64,000 nt of DNA from a virus. A program made the position numbers and the translations under genes. Below the pieces are notes generated by a model. That model saw only the letters and a program-made list of their open reading frames with translations, did no database searches and was not told where the DNA came from. Positions within the stretch are counted from its first letter, which is position 1; each line of letters opens with the position of its first letter. Location of the stretch: IMG/VR virus record IMGVR_UViG_3300022843_000001, positions 1 through 64,000 of that record; one strand, 5' to 3'. Below are positions 63,677 to 64,000 of this stretch, piece by piece.

Positions 63677-64000
63677 TTATAGTTCCACCGTAAAAGATGC
63701 ATCAAAATCTGGATTTAAATCAGTAGGATAATATCCTCGAGGATTACATATCACCCGAGTATTTCCAATTTGATAGTCGCTTGTGTTGTGTAAATGCCCA
63801 TGAACCCAGAGCTCTGGTTGTGCTTCTCCCAAATCTATTACATGTTCGAATAGCTCAGTGCAATAGGCACCATTCAAAGAACTATTTTTGTAGTTATCAG
63901 ATACAGATTGAAACGATGGCGCCATATGTGTTACTACCACCACCTTGTTTCCTTTTTCTTTTTCAATCTTTATTAGTTCCATAATATAGATTTTAGAAGA
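63677..64000 (-). CDS. Calcineurin-like metallophosphoesterase, C-terminal part (runs off window)
   Basis: VVVTHMAPS, LWVHGHLH, TRVICNPRGY; frame open to 64000. Confidence 0.85.
   Translation of the reverse strand, partial: SSKIYIMELIKIEKEKGNKVVVVTHMAPSFQSVSDNYKNSSLNGAYCTELFEHVIDLGEAQPELWVHGHLHNTSDYQIGNTRVICNPRGYYPTDLNPDFDASFTVEL

Overview
A 64-kb segment of a large T4-like (Tevenvirinae/Kyanoviridae-style, probably environmental) myovirus genome. It contains (i) 1-33.7 kb: a late structural module with two chaperone-tipped tail fibres, a gp38-like glycine-rich adhesin, a small enzyme island (GNAT, amidoligase, two SPOUT-like paralogs), baseplate genes gp8/7/6/25/5/53/48, gp4, gp2, gp54, gp26/gp51, a tape-measure/hub protein and a free-standing GIY-YIG endonuclease; (ii) 33.7-36.3 kb: an M15 endolysin, gp32, gp59, gp33; (iii) 36-64 kb: early-gene cassettes behind repeated consensus sigma70 promoters, RtcB, a DenV-like glycosylase, a tRNA array (about 28 tRNA or tRNA-like genes covering all 20 amino acids) with a second GIY-YIG endonuclease and structured ncRNA candidates, IscA, a cytidylyltransferase, DNA ligase, three HD-domain alarmone-hydrolase-like genes, dCMP deaminase, UDP-glucose dehydrogenase and topoisomerase gp52. 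Most notable: a naturally split intein fracturing a P-loop kinase exactly in its Walker A motif (54494-52861), an ArfA-like ribosome-rescue ORF with an arfA-style 3' mRNA hairpin, a complete tRNA-Pro nested inside another tRNA-Pro shell, a recurrent non-canonical compact D-arm tRNA architecture, and a candidate -1 frameshift joining gp26 to gp51 ahead of the tape-measure gene. All assignments are by eye from motifs and synteny; no searches were run.
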